Below, piece after piece: positions 12,729 to 24,720 of a stretch of DNA of 64,000 nt (position 1 is its first letter; each line of letters opens with the position of its first letter). A program made the translations under genes and the position numbers. The DNA is from Octopus bimaculoides (lineage: Eukaryota). A model generated the notes under the pieces. The model searched no databases. It had not been told where the DNA came from and saw nothing but the letters and a program-made list of their open reading frames with translations. Where the stretch lies: contig NC_069007.1 of assembly GCF_001194135.2 (NCBI RefSeq), forward strand, positions 11,820,404 to 11,884,403. The letters are read 5' to 3'.

Positions 12729-13250
12729 TTATTATTATAATTGTCTTTGCACAGCTTCTAACGCTGGAGATGTACTACAGTGTCAGCTGTTCACTACCAT
12801 TGAACTAAGGTAACACCTCTTATTTTTCGAGCACCTTCCGGAGTATTCGAGCGGTTCCAAGAAGTGCTGTTTTCTGCAAGTGCTCCACCCTTATTGCAGC
12901 CCTTATTTGTTCCATGTACTTCTTGAGATTTTTACTCACTGTTCCCAGGGCTCCAGCAATTATTGGTACTACTGCTACTTTTTTCATCGACCACAACTGC
13001 TTAACTTCCCAAGCTAACCTGTCATACCTCTGACTTTTCTTTCTTCCTCATCACATACCTTGTTGTCAGCAGGGCATGGTATATCTATGATCCAGCATAG
13101 TTTGTTTTCTTTCTCAATTAAGACTATGTCCGGCTTCCTATTCTCTATCTCATGGTCGCACTGAATCATAAAATCCCATAGGATCTTTGCATTTCTATTT
13201 TCGTCAATGTCTTCAGGTTTGTGGCCAATTTTTTGCTCTGTCAAGTCCGC
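12729..13250 (-). mobile_element. R4/Dong-like non-LTR retrotransposon 3' fragment (RLE domain + 3' UTR)
   Basis: HKPEDIDENRNAKILWDFMIQCDHEIENRKPDIVLIEKENKLCWIIDIPCP...VEHLQKTALLGTARILRKVLEK*; TAA tail and TTA-rich flank. Confidence 0.92.
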
Positions 13251-13304
13251 TTATGATTATTATTATTACTACTACTAATACTACTACTACTATTATTATT
13301 ATTA

Positions 13305-13790
13305 TTGAGAGAGAGAGCAGTGCATGCCATCAAAGTGACACCGGGGTAAAATATACAAAGTCCAGTATACCCATCATGACTATCCGTTTGATAAAGATAC
13401 ACCAGGCACATGCGTCACAACCTTATGTGCACAACATGGTGATCTCATTCCAAGATAAATAGCACATGACCTTGCAGGTGGGGCCCAGTTAGAATTTTCT
13501 TCAGGTCGAGTAACCCTTCTCACTCAAAAGGTCCCTTCATATATTTCCAAAGGTGAATTATCCAAACCCCAAAGAATTCCTCTCAACAAATGGCTATGAT
13601 GCCCCCCCCCACTACTTCTGCTCGTAATCAGGGATACATATATCATCAGCCACTAAGGGACATACTCAACTGGCTATGGTCAAACAACTGACAAACAACA
13701 CTAGGGTATTGAGCAGAATATTTGTTGTAGCCCATCTTTTATACCAAGACAAAACAAAGTACATGATAACACCTCCAATCAATGAAGATC
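13305..13790 (-). mobile_element. Non-coding interspersed repeat, family F (SINE-like)
   Basis: Internal segment AAACCCCAAAGAATTCCTCTCAAC...GTATTGAGCAGAATATTTG recurs at ~60190-60375; ends in (AAT)n on the minus strand. Confidence 0.6.
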
Positions 13791-13808
13791 ATTATTATTA
13801 TTATTATT

Positions 13809-14281
13809 GTTCAGTAGTTTTATTTTTATAACGTGCTTTCACTTCACTACCGAGCGCAGCTCTGTGTCCCTTGGGTATGTGCTGTGGTTTGCTGTGGTGC
13901 TCTTATGTTTACTGTATTGAAAGTATTTTGCGTAGGATGTGTGCAGTGCCCACTAGTGCAATTTTCTGTATGTTATATATATTTGTAAGTCCTGGTGTTT
14001 TTGTTATGTATTTGTCTGAATATTTTTTTATTATACCTAAGGCACCTACTATGATAGGAACTGTTTCTGTTTTTAGATTCCACATTCGAGTTACCTCTAT
14101 TTCCAGGTCTTTGTATTTTGAAAGTTTTTCCATTTCTTTTAGAGAAACGTTGTCCTCTGCTGGTATTGATACATCAATTAGAAAGCATTTTTTTTCTTCA
14201 TGATCTTTGACAACTATATCTGGTCTATTTGCCTTAATTTCTCTATCTGTGTGTATTGGCATATCCCAGAGTATGGTTGCT
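13809..14281 (-). mobile_element. R4/Dong-like non-LTR retrotransposon 3' fragment (RLE domain + 3' UTR)
   Basis: KATILWDMPIHTDREIKANRPDIVVKDHEEKKCFLIDVSIP...QKIALVGTAHILRKILSIQ*; (TTA)n on both sides (13791-13808, 14282-14303). Confidence 0.93.
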
Positions 14282-14304
14282 TTATTATTATTATTATTAT
14301 TATT

Positions 14305-14475
14305 TGGCATTTCTTCCAGCTTTATATTCTGAGTTCAAATGTCACTGAGGTTGGCTTTGCCTTTGATCCCTTCAGGGTTGATAAAACAAGTACCAGATCT
14401 GCACTGAGATCAATGTAATTGACCTACCCACTCCCCAGACTTGCTGGCTTTGTGCCAAAATTTGAGAACAATTAT
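14305..14475 (+). mobile_element. SINE family D (Nin/Deu-domain-like core)
   Basis: CTGAGTTCAAAT...GCCTTTGATCCCTTCAGGGTTGATAAAACAAGTACCAG. Confidence 0.7.
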
Positions 14476-15267
14476 TATTATTATTATTTGCAATAAATAC
14501 TGTTTATATTTTAATCCCACCTCCATCAATATATAATTAAATCTTATTAATGTACCCTTCGGCCCTTTGTCCTCTTAGGCTTCTGTGTTGCTGCCCTCTA
14601 ACCTTTACGTTAATATAGCTCTGGTCATGACATTCTGGCTTAATTTTATTGATAATGCCAAACTTTGTTTATCATCTTCAACTTTTATGTCAAACTTATT
14701 GATCACATATTGATCATGTATTACTCCAATTGATTGATTGACTTTTGTTTAGGCCAGGTCTCTCTTGATTGATCAAGTTTATGATGCAGCGGTTTTATTA
14801 GTGCTGTCTTGACATGATCATAGCCATTTAGTTGAGAGACAAGTAAAAGAACAAAAATTTATAAAATAAAGGTCTTTAAAAAATGATATTAATTATTTGA
14901 CTTGAAGTGAGAAGGAAGAAGCAAGGCCATAACTGTTTCTAGAGACTCTGACCCTTATGGAAGGGGTTACAACCATAACTGTGTCCAAAGACTTAGACTT
15001 GAGACTGACCTGGCCCTAAATGTTTACAATCAAGTGGGCTCCACTAAGTGCATACCCAGGGGCCAAATAATAGGTCAGATCTGGTAGTCCTTAAATTTTG
15101 CTGCTCACTTCTACCTTTTTTCTGAATGGTATTTTACAAATGACCATTTGCATGTTTTTCACACAAAAACCAAAAGGACAGTCACTGATTTAAAATCATC
15201 CCATTTAACAAGTGTCCCTTTGCATATGCAATATTAAATACGTTAAATTTTATATGGAAACTATGGA

Positions 15268-16510
15268 AGAAAGTAAGGACTTATGTAATGAAATTATATT
15301 GGACCTTGCTACATCAGTCACCTTTTTCTATTCACTGATAACACAATGTCCTCCTACACATAGACATTTGTGTGGACTAGTGCCCTCTGTGTTTAGATTG
15401 CTAAATAAGCTGAGGACTTCTAGAATGTAATTATATTGGACTTTGCTACATCAGTCACCTTTTTCTGTTCACTGATAACACAATGTCCTCTTACACATAG
15501 ACATTTGTGTGGACTAGTGCCCTCTGTGTTTAAATTGCTAAATAAGCTGAGGACTTCTAGAATGTAATTATATTGGACTTTGCTACATCAGTCATNNNNN
15601 NNNNNNNNNNNNNNNNNNNNNNNNNNNNNNNNNNNNNNNNNNNNNNNNNNNNNNNNNNNNNNNNNNNNNNNNNNNNNNNNNNNNNNNNNNNNNNNNNNNN
15701 NNNNNNNNNNNNNNNNNNNNNNNNNNNNNNNNNNNNNNNNNNNNNNNNNNNNNNNNNNNNNNNNNNNNNNNNNNNNNNNNNNNNNNNNNNNNNNNNNNNN
15801 NNNNNNNNNNNNNNNNNNNNNNNNNNNNNNNNNNNNNNNNNNNNNNNNNNNNNNNNNNNNNNNNNNNNNNNNNNNNNNNNNNNNNNNNNNNNNNNNNNNN
15901 NNNNNNNNNNNNNNNNNNNNNNNNNNNNNNNNNNNNNNNNNNNNNNNNNNNNNNNNNNNNNNNNNNNNNNNNNNNNNNNNNNNNNNNNNNNNNNNNNNNN
16001 NNNNNNNNNNNNNNNNNNNNNNNNNNNNNNNNNNNNNNNNNNNNNNNNNNNNNNNNNNNNNNNNNNNNNNNNNNNNNNNNNNNNNNNNNNNNNNNNNNNN
16101 NNNNNNNNNNNNNNNNNNNNNNNNNNNNNNNNNNNNNNNNNNNNNNNNNNNCTGTGTTTAGATTGCTAAATAAGCTGAGGACTTCTAGAATGTAATTATA
16201 TTGGACTTTGCTACATCAGTCACCTTTTTCTGTTCACTGATAACACAATGTCCTCTTACACATAGACATTTGTGTGGACTAGTGCCCTCTGTGTTTAAAT
16301 TGCTAAATAAGCTGAGGACTTCTAGAATGTAATTATATTGGACTTTGCTACATCAGTCATCTTTTTCTGTTCACTGATAACACAATGTCCTCTTACACAT
16401 AGAGATTTGTGTGGACTAGAAGACTTCTAGAATGCAATTTTATTGGACCTTGCTACTTCATCTGTTAAGTTTCTACTCAGTGATAACACAATATCTGACT
16501 CATATTTTAT
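15268..16510. repeat. 137-bp minisatellite array, gap-interrupted
   Basis: Unit starts at 15362, 15499, 16264, 16401 (period 137); N-gap at 15596-16151. Confidence 0.95.
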
Positions 16511-17008
16511 TCCTTACAAAAACGTGTTTTAAGTATGAAAATGTGTTTAGAATACATTTTAACTGATTTCTGCATTATGAAAATATCCCACCTCCCCACA
16601 TAAACATGCAGCTTCCCCTACCCACTCACCCACCCAACAAAATGATAAACAAGAGTTCTTCAAAAGACAAAGCTAATTTTAAAAGAAAGAAAATCAAAAA
16701 TTTATAAAAATTTTCATTTATATTTTTAATTGTCATTAAAATTGGATAATTAAATTTCAAGTTAATTCTTCTATTCCACATTTTTTAATTAACATATTTT
16801 AAATTTTTTCACCACATATTTTTCAACCAAGTTTTGTGTCTCCTCACATATGATCCACATTTTTCTTAATCAATGGAATATCATCATTATTATGAGGGTG
16901 GCATTACTTTATCTTTGATGTTTTGATTGTTGATGTTCTTCTTATATATGTATATCTATCTGTCTATGTCTCTATCTATCTATCTATCTCTCTCTCTCTC
17001 TCTCTCTC

Positions 17009-17057
<49 letters not shown>

Positions 17058-18465
17058 TGTACATATATATATATATCTTATATATATATATATAAGAGAC
17101 TTTGTGTGTGTGTGCGCGCATATGTTCCTTATGCATTCCAAAACCGAATTGCCGATTTTGACATATGGGGTATCAAAAGATTCAGTACTATTTCCGCTAC
17201 CAAATAAACTATATTTTCAGTCACATATTTGCATTACAAAAATTTAACATTGTCATTTTTCTTTTAATCACCTGTCATAAGCATTTTATATCACCACCAC
17301 AATGACAATGACGTTACATTTTCTATATGAGTGTGTTCGCATGTTCGTTACCTATGTTAGGCTGATGACTGACAAGTATATGCGTGTGACAGTGTATGTG
17401 TCTCTCAGTATACATACATTTTTGTAATGACCGACACAACATAGGGACAGAGATAGGCTTCAGGTGTGCGTTAATGTATGTGTGTGTCTTAGTTTATGTA
17501 TGTAACTTTCTCCCATCCAACAGTGAAACATGCCGATATTGAAAGTTTAGTTGCGGCCTAGACTTTAAACGAACAACAGTATTGACTTTGAAGTACTACC
17601 AACATGAAGATTTAACACCACTCACAATACTTGCAAATATATCTGAAAAAACAATATTCTGGTTTTACGGAGATGTACTTGCATAGCAAGTGAACTGATC
17701 TGAGATCGTGTACTGGAACGAAAACAATTGCAGCGTGGAAGGTGTTTATAAGCCATTTAAAATAACACACAATATTCTGGTTATTATAACAAATTCGGAA
17801 AATTGGCAAAGTAGAAAGCCTTAATGGCTCTTTCAATATAATTACAGAAATGTTATTCCACTCCTTCAAACCAGTTTCGAGATAATGTTTTTTTTAACAG
17901 TCCCTGTATTCTTCATCATTGTATCAACATTGCACAACCTTTTTACTGCGTTAGTCACTATTTATTATACAGCCTATAATGTTACACAGTTAAAAAATAT
18001 GTAGTAATGTCAAATTAATTTATATCTTGCTACATACATCCTTCAGCAAATATTTTAAATTAACATAACAACATCTTCCTTTCTATACACTTGATTCAGC
18101 GTTCATTTCAAAATTGTAAAATAAATTATTTTTGTATGAAAAATTGAATTATGCCTCTGGAATTTTCTTGGACTTTCAATCATGAATTTTATAACATTTA
18201 GTACATGTTCCAAATAAATGTTGACTTTCTGTACTTTATTACATTGGTAACGCATGGTAACTTTTGCTAAATTGGTGACTTACCATTTTTTTATAGCATA
18301 ACTACGCTACAGAAAGTATGTTTTGCACCTATACTGACTACATTTCATTTCACTTGAACTTCGTATGTGTACATTTTTCCTGTTTTCAATATTATCAATT
18401 CTATGAGTGTGTTTCTGCGTTCCCTACATCTATAGTAAACTATAATAAAAAACATTTTATGCAAT

Positions 18466-18790
18466 TTTAATGAGCCCACATCTAATGAAGTAGCCATCTT
18501 TATGGTTGGTGGTCCCCATGAAAATCATGATATTCTCATTTGTGTTCGAGATAACAACTTTAAACATGTTTCACAGACTCATCCCTCTTATCATACTCTC
18601 CAGTATACTCTTATTTTGTGGAATGGACAAGATGGGTATCATTTCAATATTCCACAGATTGAACCCGCAACAGGATTGCCAATTACAAAAAGGTGTTGTC
18701 AGATGACTTCTATTCTTACAAACTGATGTTAAGACCAGAACAATCAAATCAATTACACATGTCAAACAGACTTTGTTTTCATTTACATAA
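18466..18790 (+). mobile_element. Helitron RepHel fragment (Helitron_like_N region)
   Basis: FNEPTSNEVAIFMVGGPHENHDILICVRDNNFKHVSQTHPSYHTLQYTLILWNGQDGYHFNIPQIEPATG, then frameshift to DFYSYKLMLRPEQSNQLHMSNRL, matching the Helitron Rep consensus PTxNEVA...HxSYDxLQYPLxFWxGEDGY...FYSYRLMIR. Confidence 0.88.
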
Positions 18791-18862
18791 TTTCTACATT
18801 ATTTCAACAACCAGCTACAGTTATTTCATGGTAGTGGTGGCGGTGGTGGTTTCTTCAGGTTT

Positions 18863-19320
18863 ATCATCATCATCATCATTTAACGTCCGCTTTCCATGCT
18901 AGCATAGGTTAGACGATTTGACTGAGGACTGACAAACCAAATGGCTACGCCAGGCTCCAATCTGATCTGGCAGAGTTTCTACAGCTGGATGCCCTTCCTC
19001 ACGCCAACTACTCCGAGAGTGTAGTCGGTGCTTTTACATGCCACCGGCACGAGGGCCAGTCAGGCGGTACTGGCAACGGTCATGCTCAAATGGTGTATTT
19101 TACGTGCCACCTGCACAGGAGCCAGTCCAGCGGTACTGACAACGACCTCGCTCAAATATTTTTTCACGTGCCAGCAAGGCAATGCTGGTAACGATCACAC
19201 TCAAATGGTGCTTTTTATGTGCCACTGGCATGGAAGCCAGACAGCTGCTCTGGCAATGATCACGCTCGGACAGTGCTGTTAGCGCTCCACTGGCACGGGT
19301 GCCAGTCATCGAATTTGGTT
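18863..19320 (-). mobile_element. RTE 3' UTR/tail with four hairpin units
   Basis: Reverse copy of the 3205-3703 family; (CAT)n at left end. Confidence 0.85.
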
Positions 19321-19896
19321 CTAGCCAATCATCAGAGATGAACTATGATCATCTGTTCTGCTACTTATAAACCAGCTAGATTGGGCCTGTTCTGTTTACC
19401 ATATTATGACTCATAAACATTTTATTGGATAAACTAAGTACATGATAGATATAGATACAATCAATTGAAAGAACCGTTTTCAGGTTATACCCCGGATGGC
19501 CACACACTAATGACTAAAACTAATAATGAAATTAGTTAAACGTAAATTAGCAAAATATCGTCTATAAGTTAGTCTCACTAGAATTCAATCTTTTAACGGT
19601 AAAATATTGTAAACTATAATTTAAATTATATGTCACCCCTCAAACAATTTACTATGGTAATTTTACTAAAACTTCAATCAAGTTGGTTTTAGAATTCATA
19701 TATTTTAAAAATTTATTTAAGTTTTTTTTTTATTAATTGCTGTTTACAAATTATTCAAAACAAAAAAACAAAAACTCACCAATTTCTTTCATCATTTTTA
19801 AAGTTTCTCCTTGTGAGATGAGATTTTATGTAAAATATTGCAAAGCCATAATTTTCAGCTCTTTTATCTTTAACTATTTTGTTTTAATTGTCATAA

Positions 19897-20232
19897 GTGC
19901 GGCCATCACTGTGTGGTAAGAAGCTTGCTTCACAACCACATGGTTCTGCATTCGGTCCCATTGTGTGGCACCTTGGACAAGTGTCTTCTACTGCAGTCTT
20001 GAGCCAACCAAAGCCTTATGAGTGGATTTGGTAGACGGAAACTGAAAGAAACTTGTCATATATATGTGTGTATATCTGTGTTTGTCCCCCTACCATTGCT
20101 TACCAACCGATATTCGTGTGTTTATGTCCCCCATAACTTAGCGGTTTGGCAAAAGAGACTGATAGAATATGTACCAGGCTTAAAAAATAAGTACTAGGGT
20201 TGATTCATTTGACTAAAAATTCAAGGTGGTGC
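19897..20232 (+). mobile_element. SINE family A
   Basis: Head, core, linker and most of tail align with the 1975-2372 copy. Confidence 0.8.
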
Positions 20233-21833
20233 ATCATGTTTGAAAACAAAATTTTAATTTAAGGTAAACAAATATATTTATTAGAAAACCAATGTATCTT
20301 TATAGAATTTGGTTTATATATTTATCTAAATACATAGCAAAGGGCAATTCAATAAAACAGCCACCAGCCTCAGTTTCTGTCTCAACACAACATCTGTTTA
20401 AATGTGTTGATCAAGTGATCTTTATTCATGTTGGCCATAACGTCTCCAATAATAGACCTCAACTAGTCCTTGGTTTTGAAAGGCATGCTTGCTGATGTCC
20501 CCTTCCACAATGCCTTAAATGTAGTAGTCCAGGGGGTTTAAATCAGGAGAGCTAGGTCAAACGTTAGGGGTAACATGATCAGGAAAATTTTCAGCCATCC
20601 ACTCTAGCATTGTGCAGACTGTGTGAGAGAAAGCAGAGTGTTACTGAAACATATTTGGGCTCTCTGAAAAAGCTTTATATCCAGGACTTGATAACTATCT
20701 CCATTGTTGTCTTGGAAGGATTCTGACCCCCACCTCAGGTGACTAAGAGGTGAAATGACGCATTGTTATAATACAAAGAACTGTGAGTGATTGGCAGTTC
20801 GTGTTGGTAGCAGTTCACTGTGAGCCTTTCATATAGAGCATTGAGTCTTGTATGACAGTAATAGTAATGTGTTGCGTATATACTTCCTTCCCCCCTGCTT
20901 TGTTATTATATATATCCAATACAAGAATAGAAAAATTGTCTTGATGTAAACAAATATTCTTTTCTACTCTAGGTGCAAGGCCCGAAATCTTTGGGGAGGG
21001 GGCCAGTCGATTAGATCAACCTGAATTTGCAACTGGTACTTAATTTATTGACCCCTAAAGGAAGAAAGGCAAAGTTGACCTCAACAGAATTCAAATTCAG
21101 AACGTAACCCTAACCCTAACCCTAACCCTAAAATACTGCTAAGCATGGCGTGCAAACATTTCTGCCAGCTTACCGCCTTGTAGGCTGGCATATTGACCCT
21201 AAGACCTTACTGGAAAATGTGAAGCAGTATGACATGGGCCTTATAAACCCTAAGATCATCACAGATAATGGGAACTTGGTGAGCATAGAAGTGCAGACTT
21301 CAGTGGGGCTGGTAAAGAACCATCTGCCATTCGGAGAACCAAAGTATATTGGGCTCTTCAGTTACAGTTTCCCCGGGTCTTATCAGATATGAACTGTCCT
21401 CTTCTTGTAACATAGAATTTGTGATTGACATCTTGGTGCACCACATGTCTAATCATTGACTCTACACATGGAGATGTGTAGCAATGGCCCTTATTGACTT
21501 CCTGGGGTTTTCCTTGATTATGTCCAAGACTTGCTGGTGAAAAGGCTTTTTTGACAGTCTGACCATCAGGAACATTTTATTCATTTGGCCACAGGAAACA
21601 CATTCCTGCCAGTGACTAGGAACCCTTTGTTGATCTTAAACACAAAATCCCTGGCAACATTTAAGAAATGCAGCACAGAGTGATTGTGGTTGGTGTCCAA
21701 GGCAACAAAAATGGCATCCCTTCTCATCATCTGCATTAGATTCAAGCTTCCATGTTGGGGGCTGAAAAATGAGAGGATGTTTAGTTAAAGTTTGGGGCCC
21801 TAAATTTTGTTCAAATAGCTGATGTGCCATCTA
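20224..21833 (-). mobile_element. Tc1/mariner maT(DD37D)-like transposon, near full length, degenerate and interrupted
   Basis: Minus strand: MRRDAIFVAL...LNVARDFVFK, IIKENPRKSIRAIA, MIRHVVHQDVNHKFYVTRRGQFISDKTR, MLTKFPLSVMILG (21180-21760); WMAENFPDHVTPNV.PSSPDLNPLDYY, VMANMNKDHL (20355-20715); degenerate TIR core CATCA..TTTGA(A)ACAAAATTT at both ends. Confidence 0.82.
20953..21180 (-). mobile_element. SINE family D carrying a (TAACCC)4 insertion
   Basis: Aligns with the 47392-47609 copy apart from 21107-21130. Confidence 0.85.
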
Positions 21834-21837
21834 TATA

Positions 21838-22052
21838 CAGGGTGGCGCAAAAGTTGGTTTAAAGTTATAATGTAGGCACTTTAAATTTCTTTTAAAACAT
21901 TTTACTACATTTAAATTTCTATCGTACAATTAACTAAATTAGCACAGAATAATGGTTTGATATTTTTTTATAATTAAGATCTGAACTGTTTATTATATAT
22001 GAATGCAAAAGAGATAGCTTAATAACTGTAAATCTACTTTTGGGCCACCCTG
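21838..22052. mobile_element. Tc1/mariner-type MITE
   Basis: TIRs CAGGGTGGCGCAAAAGTTGGTTTA / revcomp CAGGGTGGCCCAAAAGTAGATTTA; TA on both sides. Confidence 0.88.
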
Positions 22053-23368
22053 TATATGTGTGTGTCTATCTGTGTGTGTGTGTGTGTGTGTGTGCGTGCA
22101 TGCATGTGTGTGGAAATATATGGTGAACCAAGCAGTTATGATAATTGTGTAGCTGAGCCAACCTGTTAATAAGCACTTTTAACCGTGATGAACTCCATTT
22201 AAATTCATTTGTACACCTACCTATGTGTGTGTGTGTCTGTATGCACATGGATGTATGTGTATGTATGTATGTATGTGTGTGTGTATGCACATGTGTGTAT
22301 GTGAGTGAAAGTGTATGTGTGTGTATGCACATATGTGTGTGTGTATGCAGCTATGTGTGTGTATGCCTGTGCACATGTGTGTCTATGCACATGTGTGTAT
22401 GCATGTTGTGTGTGAGTGTATATGCACATGTGTGTGTATGTGTGTTTGTGTTTGTATGCATGTTGTGTGTGTGCATGTATGTATGCACATATGTGTGTGT
22501 ATACACATATATATATGTGTGTGATGTAAGTGAAGACAAGACAGATAAACAGTAGTCAGTACCAAAAAGAATATGTTATTTATGAATGTTAGTCTGACGA
22601 TTGGAAATATGAAATTTTAATAACCAGGTGTGAGATGTCACCTGTTGCAATCACATATCCGGCAGGTTGGTGGGTGGGGCAGGTTTATGTCTTGCTGATT
22701 TAAATCTACAAAGAATGTAAGCATGGCTGAAAAAAAAAGCCAAATGGCTGTTTCCAGCAGACAATGTTTTCCGGTTCCAAGTTAAACTGAAGCACAGCTG
22801 CCATCTTTACTGTTGGAAATTCAGTGAACCAAAGATTAGTTTGTTATAAACCATTCAATCAGTGGCACTGTTTTTAACCATTTCTAATATATAATAAATA
22901 CAATAAATAAAAAGATCAATAAACAATACTCTCTCGGTGATTGATTTTCCTATTATCATACAAGTGGTTGCCATTCCATTTTCTAAAATTAGATTGTATA
23001 AATAGTTTCTTTACCACAACTCTATTGTATTTATTTACATAATTTTAAAAATAAATGGATTAACAGCAGCAACAACAACAATGATTGAAAAAAAAAACTA
23101 AATTTAATTGTGTTGCATAAATAATTCAGATAAATTTACAGATCAATTAATAATTCAAGTAAATTTACAGAGTGCGTTCTAATTAATAACGACAAATTCC
23201 GTAAATTTTACAATTAATTCTGTCCAACTGAATGAATGAAATAACACAATTAGCAATCAATAATATGTGTATAAATATATAGATATATAGATATAGATAT
23301 ATAGATATGTAAAGTAGATATATATGTGGGTGTGTTTATATATGTATGCGTTTATTTGTATGTTGATT

Positions 23369-23404
<36 letters not shown>

Positions 23405-23614
23405 TATGTACATACACATGTACACATACATGCACACACAGATACACACGCACATATATATACAGTAATAAGGAAGTGTGATGTCAAAACATCTTGGTAC
23501 AAGCAGCTAGTTAGCATGAAGTGTATATACAGTTTGTATAGATGACAAATAGCAGATGATACTTGATCAACAAAGTTTGTTAACCAACTTGTTATACATC
23601 ATCTCCCTTACCAG

Positions 23615-23677
23615 ATTTGATGAGATTTTGATAAGATGGCTGCAACAATGCAACTCATGATTTATCGACAAAGATTG
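23615..23677 (+). CDS. Candidate start-codon exon of unknown host gene (CDS 23636-23677, MAATMQLMIYRQRL)
   Basis: Acceptor CTCCCTTACCAG, in-frame upstream stops, strong Kozak AAGATGG, phase-0 donor TTG|GTAATT; signals only, no homology recognised. Confidence 0.35.
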
Positions 23678-24439
23678 GTAATTATGTGACTATAAATAGT
23701 GCAGGGAATGGAGAAGGTAATCCATGCAACATATGTTTCTGAGAAAAACTAAATATGTGTTAAGTAACTTAAAGATGTAACATAAATTCAGAAATGTCAA
23801 GCTTTAAGTTATATAAAACATGTTCAACTTACCTTGGAAACATATGTAGTATGGAGTTACCTCCTCCATTCCCTACACCTAACAATATATATATGTATGT
23901 ATATATATATATATATATATGCATATATACATATGCATACACACACATGCATATGCAGTATAAAGAAATGGAGCAGATCTAATCTGCTGACTGTGTGATG
24001 TCCAGTAAAATATGGTGCGCAATAAAATTTCATAAGATAAGAAGCTGTCAAAGACCAAAGACTTTGTATTTAGCAGATGCTCTGGAACAGTTAGCACCAT
24101 GAGCATCCATGAAGTAAATGCATTCTAATGTTGAAAAGGTTGCCAAGACATGGTTGATAGCTGCTGTAACCTAGGTGAGCTAATTAGCTGTGAAACCTTT
24201 GTAGGTAGAGTAAGAATAGTCTGGAAATGCTGTAACAAAGATTGATCTTTCAAAAGTAATAAAGATTAAATTTTTATAAAATATGAATAATTACGCTCCT
24301 AGTCTTTTACTGGTTGCAGTCATTGTGTTGCTGCAATATTGGGTCACTGCATTCAAATATTTTTAGTTCATATTTCAGAAAGATATTTTAGTTCATATTT
24401 CAGGCCATATTTTATTGGCCCATGTTTGTTGCTTGGCAT

Positions 24440-24720
24440 GAGTGAGTGACAAAAGAGGAGATTTATGGACACATTCCACTGAAGTTTGTTATTTTGGCTT
24501 AATGCAGAGTAAGATCTGCTGGACATTGCTCTTGTGCCGAACAAGAGGCCACATACGATGCTATATTTTGAAGGCCACTCAGCTCCATTGATATCATTTG
24601 AGAGAGGAAAATAACATGATACCGAGGACCTACAAAAGGTAATGAGTGGGGCTAAGAGATTACTGGTACAGCTTAGTGAAACATATCTCACTTGCAACCC
24701 CTTCAAGAATGTTTATTGAA
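24440..24720 (+). mobile_element. Possible very degenerate LINE RT relic
   Basis: MLYFEGHSAPLISFERG and HDTEDLQKVMSG loosely resemble RT domain 4-6 text; stops present. Confidence 0.3.

Noticed and set aside
15268-16510. Regular repeats as a possible CRISPR array
   Set aside because: Units are contiguous with no unique spacers, there are no cas genes, and the context is eukaryotic
18805-19345. Possible hammerhead split by the RTE tail (CTGATGA-TTGG ... CCAT-GAAAT-AACT-GTA, minus strand)
   Set aside because: Stem I does not pair and stem III has two mismatches; cannot be distinguished from chance
21150-21392. ORF with PKIITDNG resembling an LTR integrase motif
   Set aside because: The opposite strand gives a much longer, coherent maT transposase match
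22588-22630. CTGACGA-TTGGAAATAT-GAAAT
   Set aside because: No convincing stems II/III or cleavage triplet
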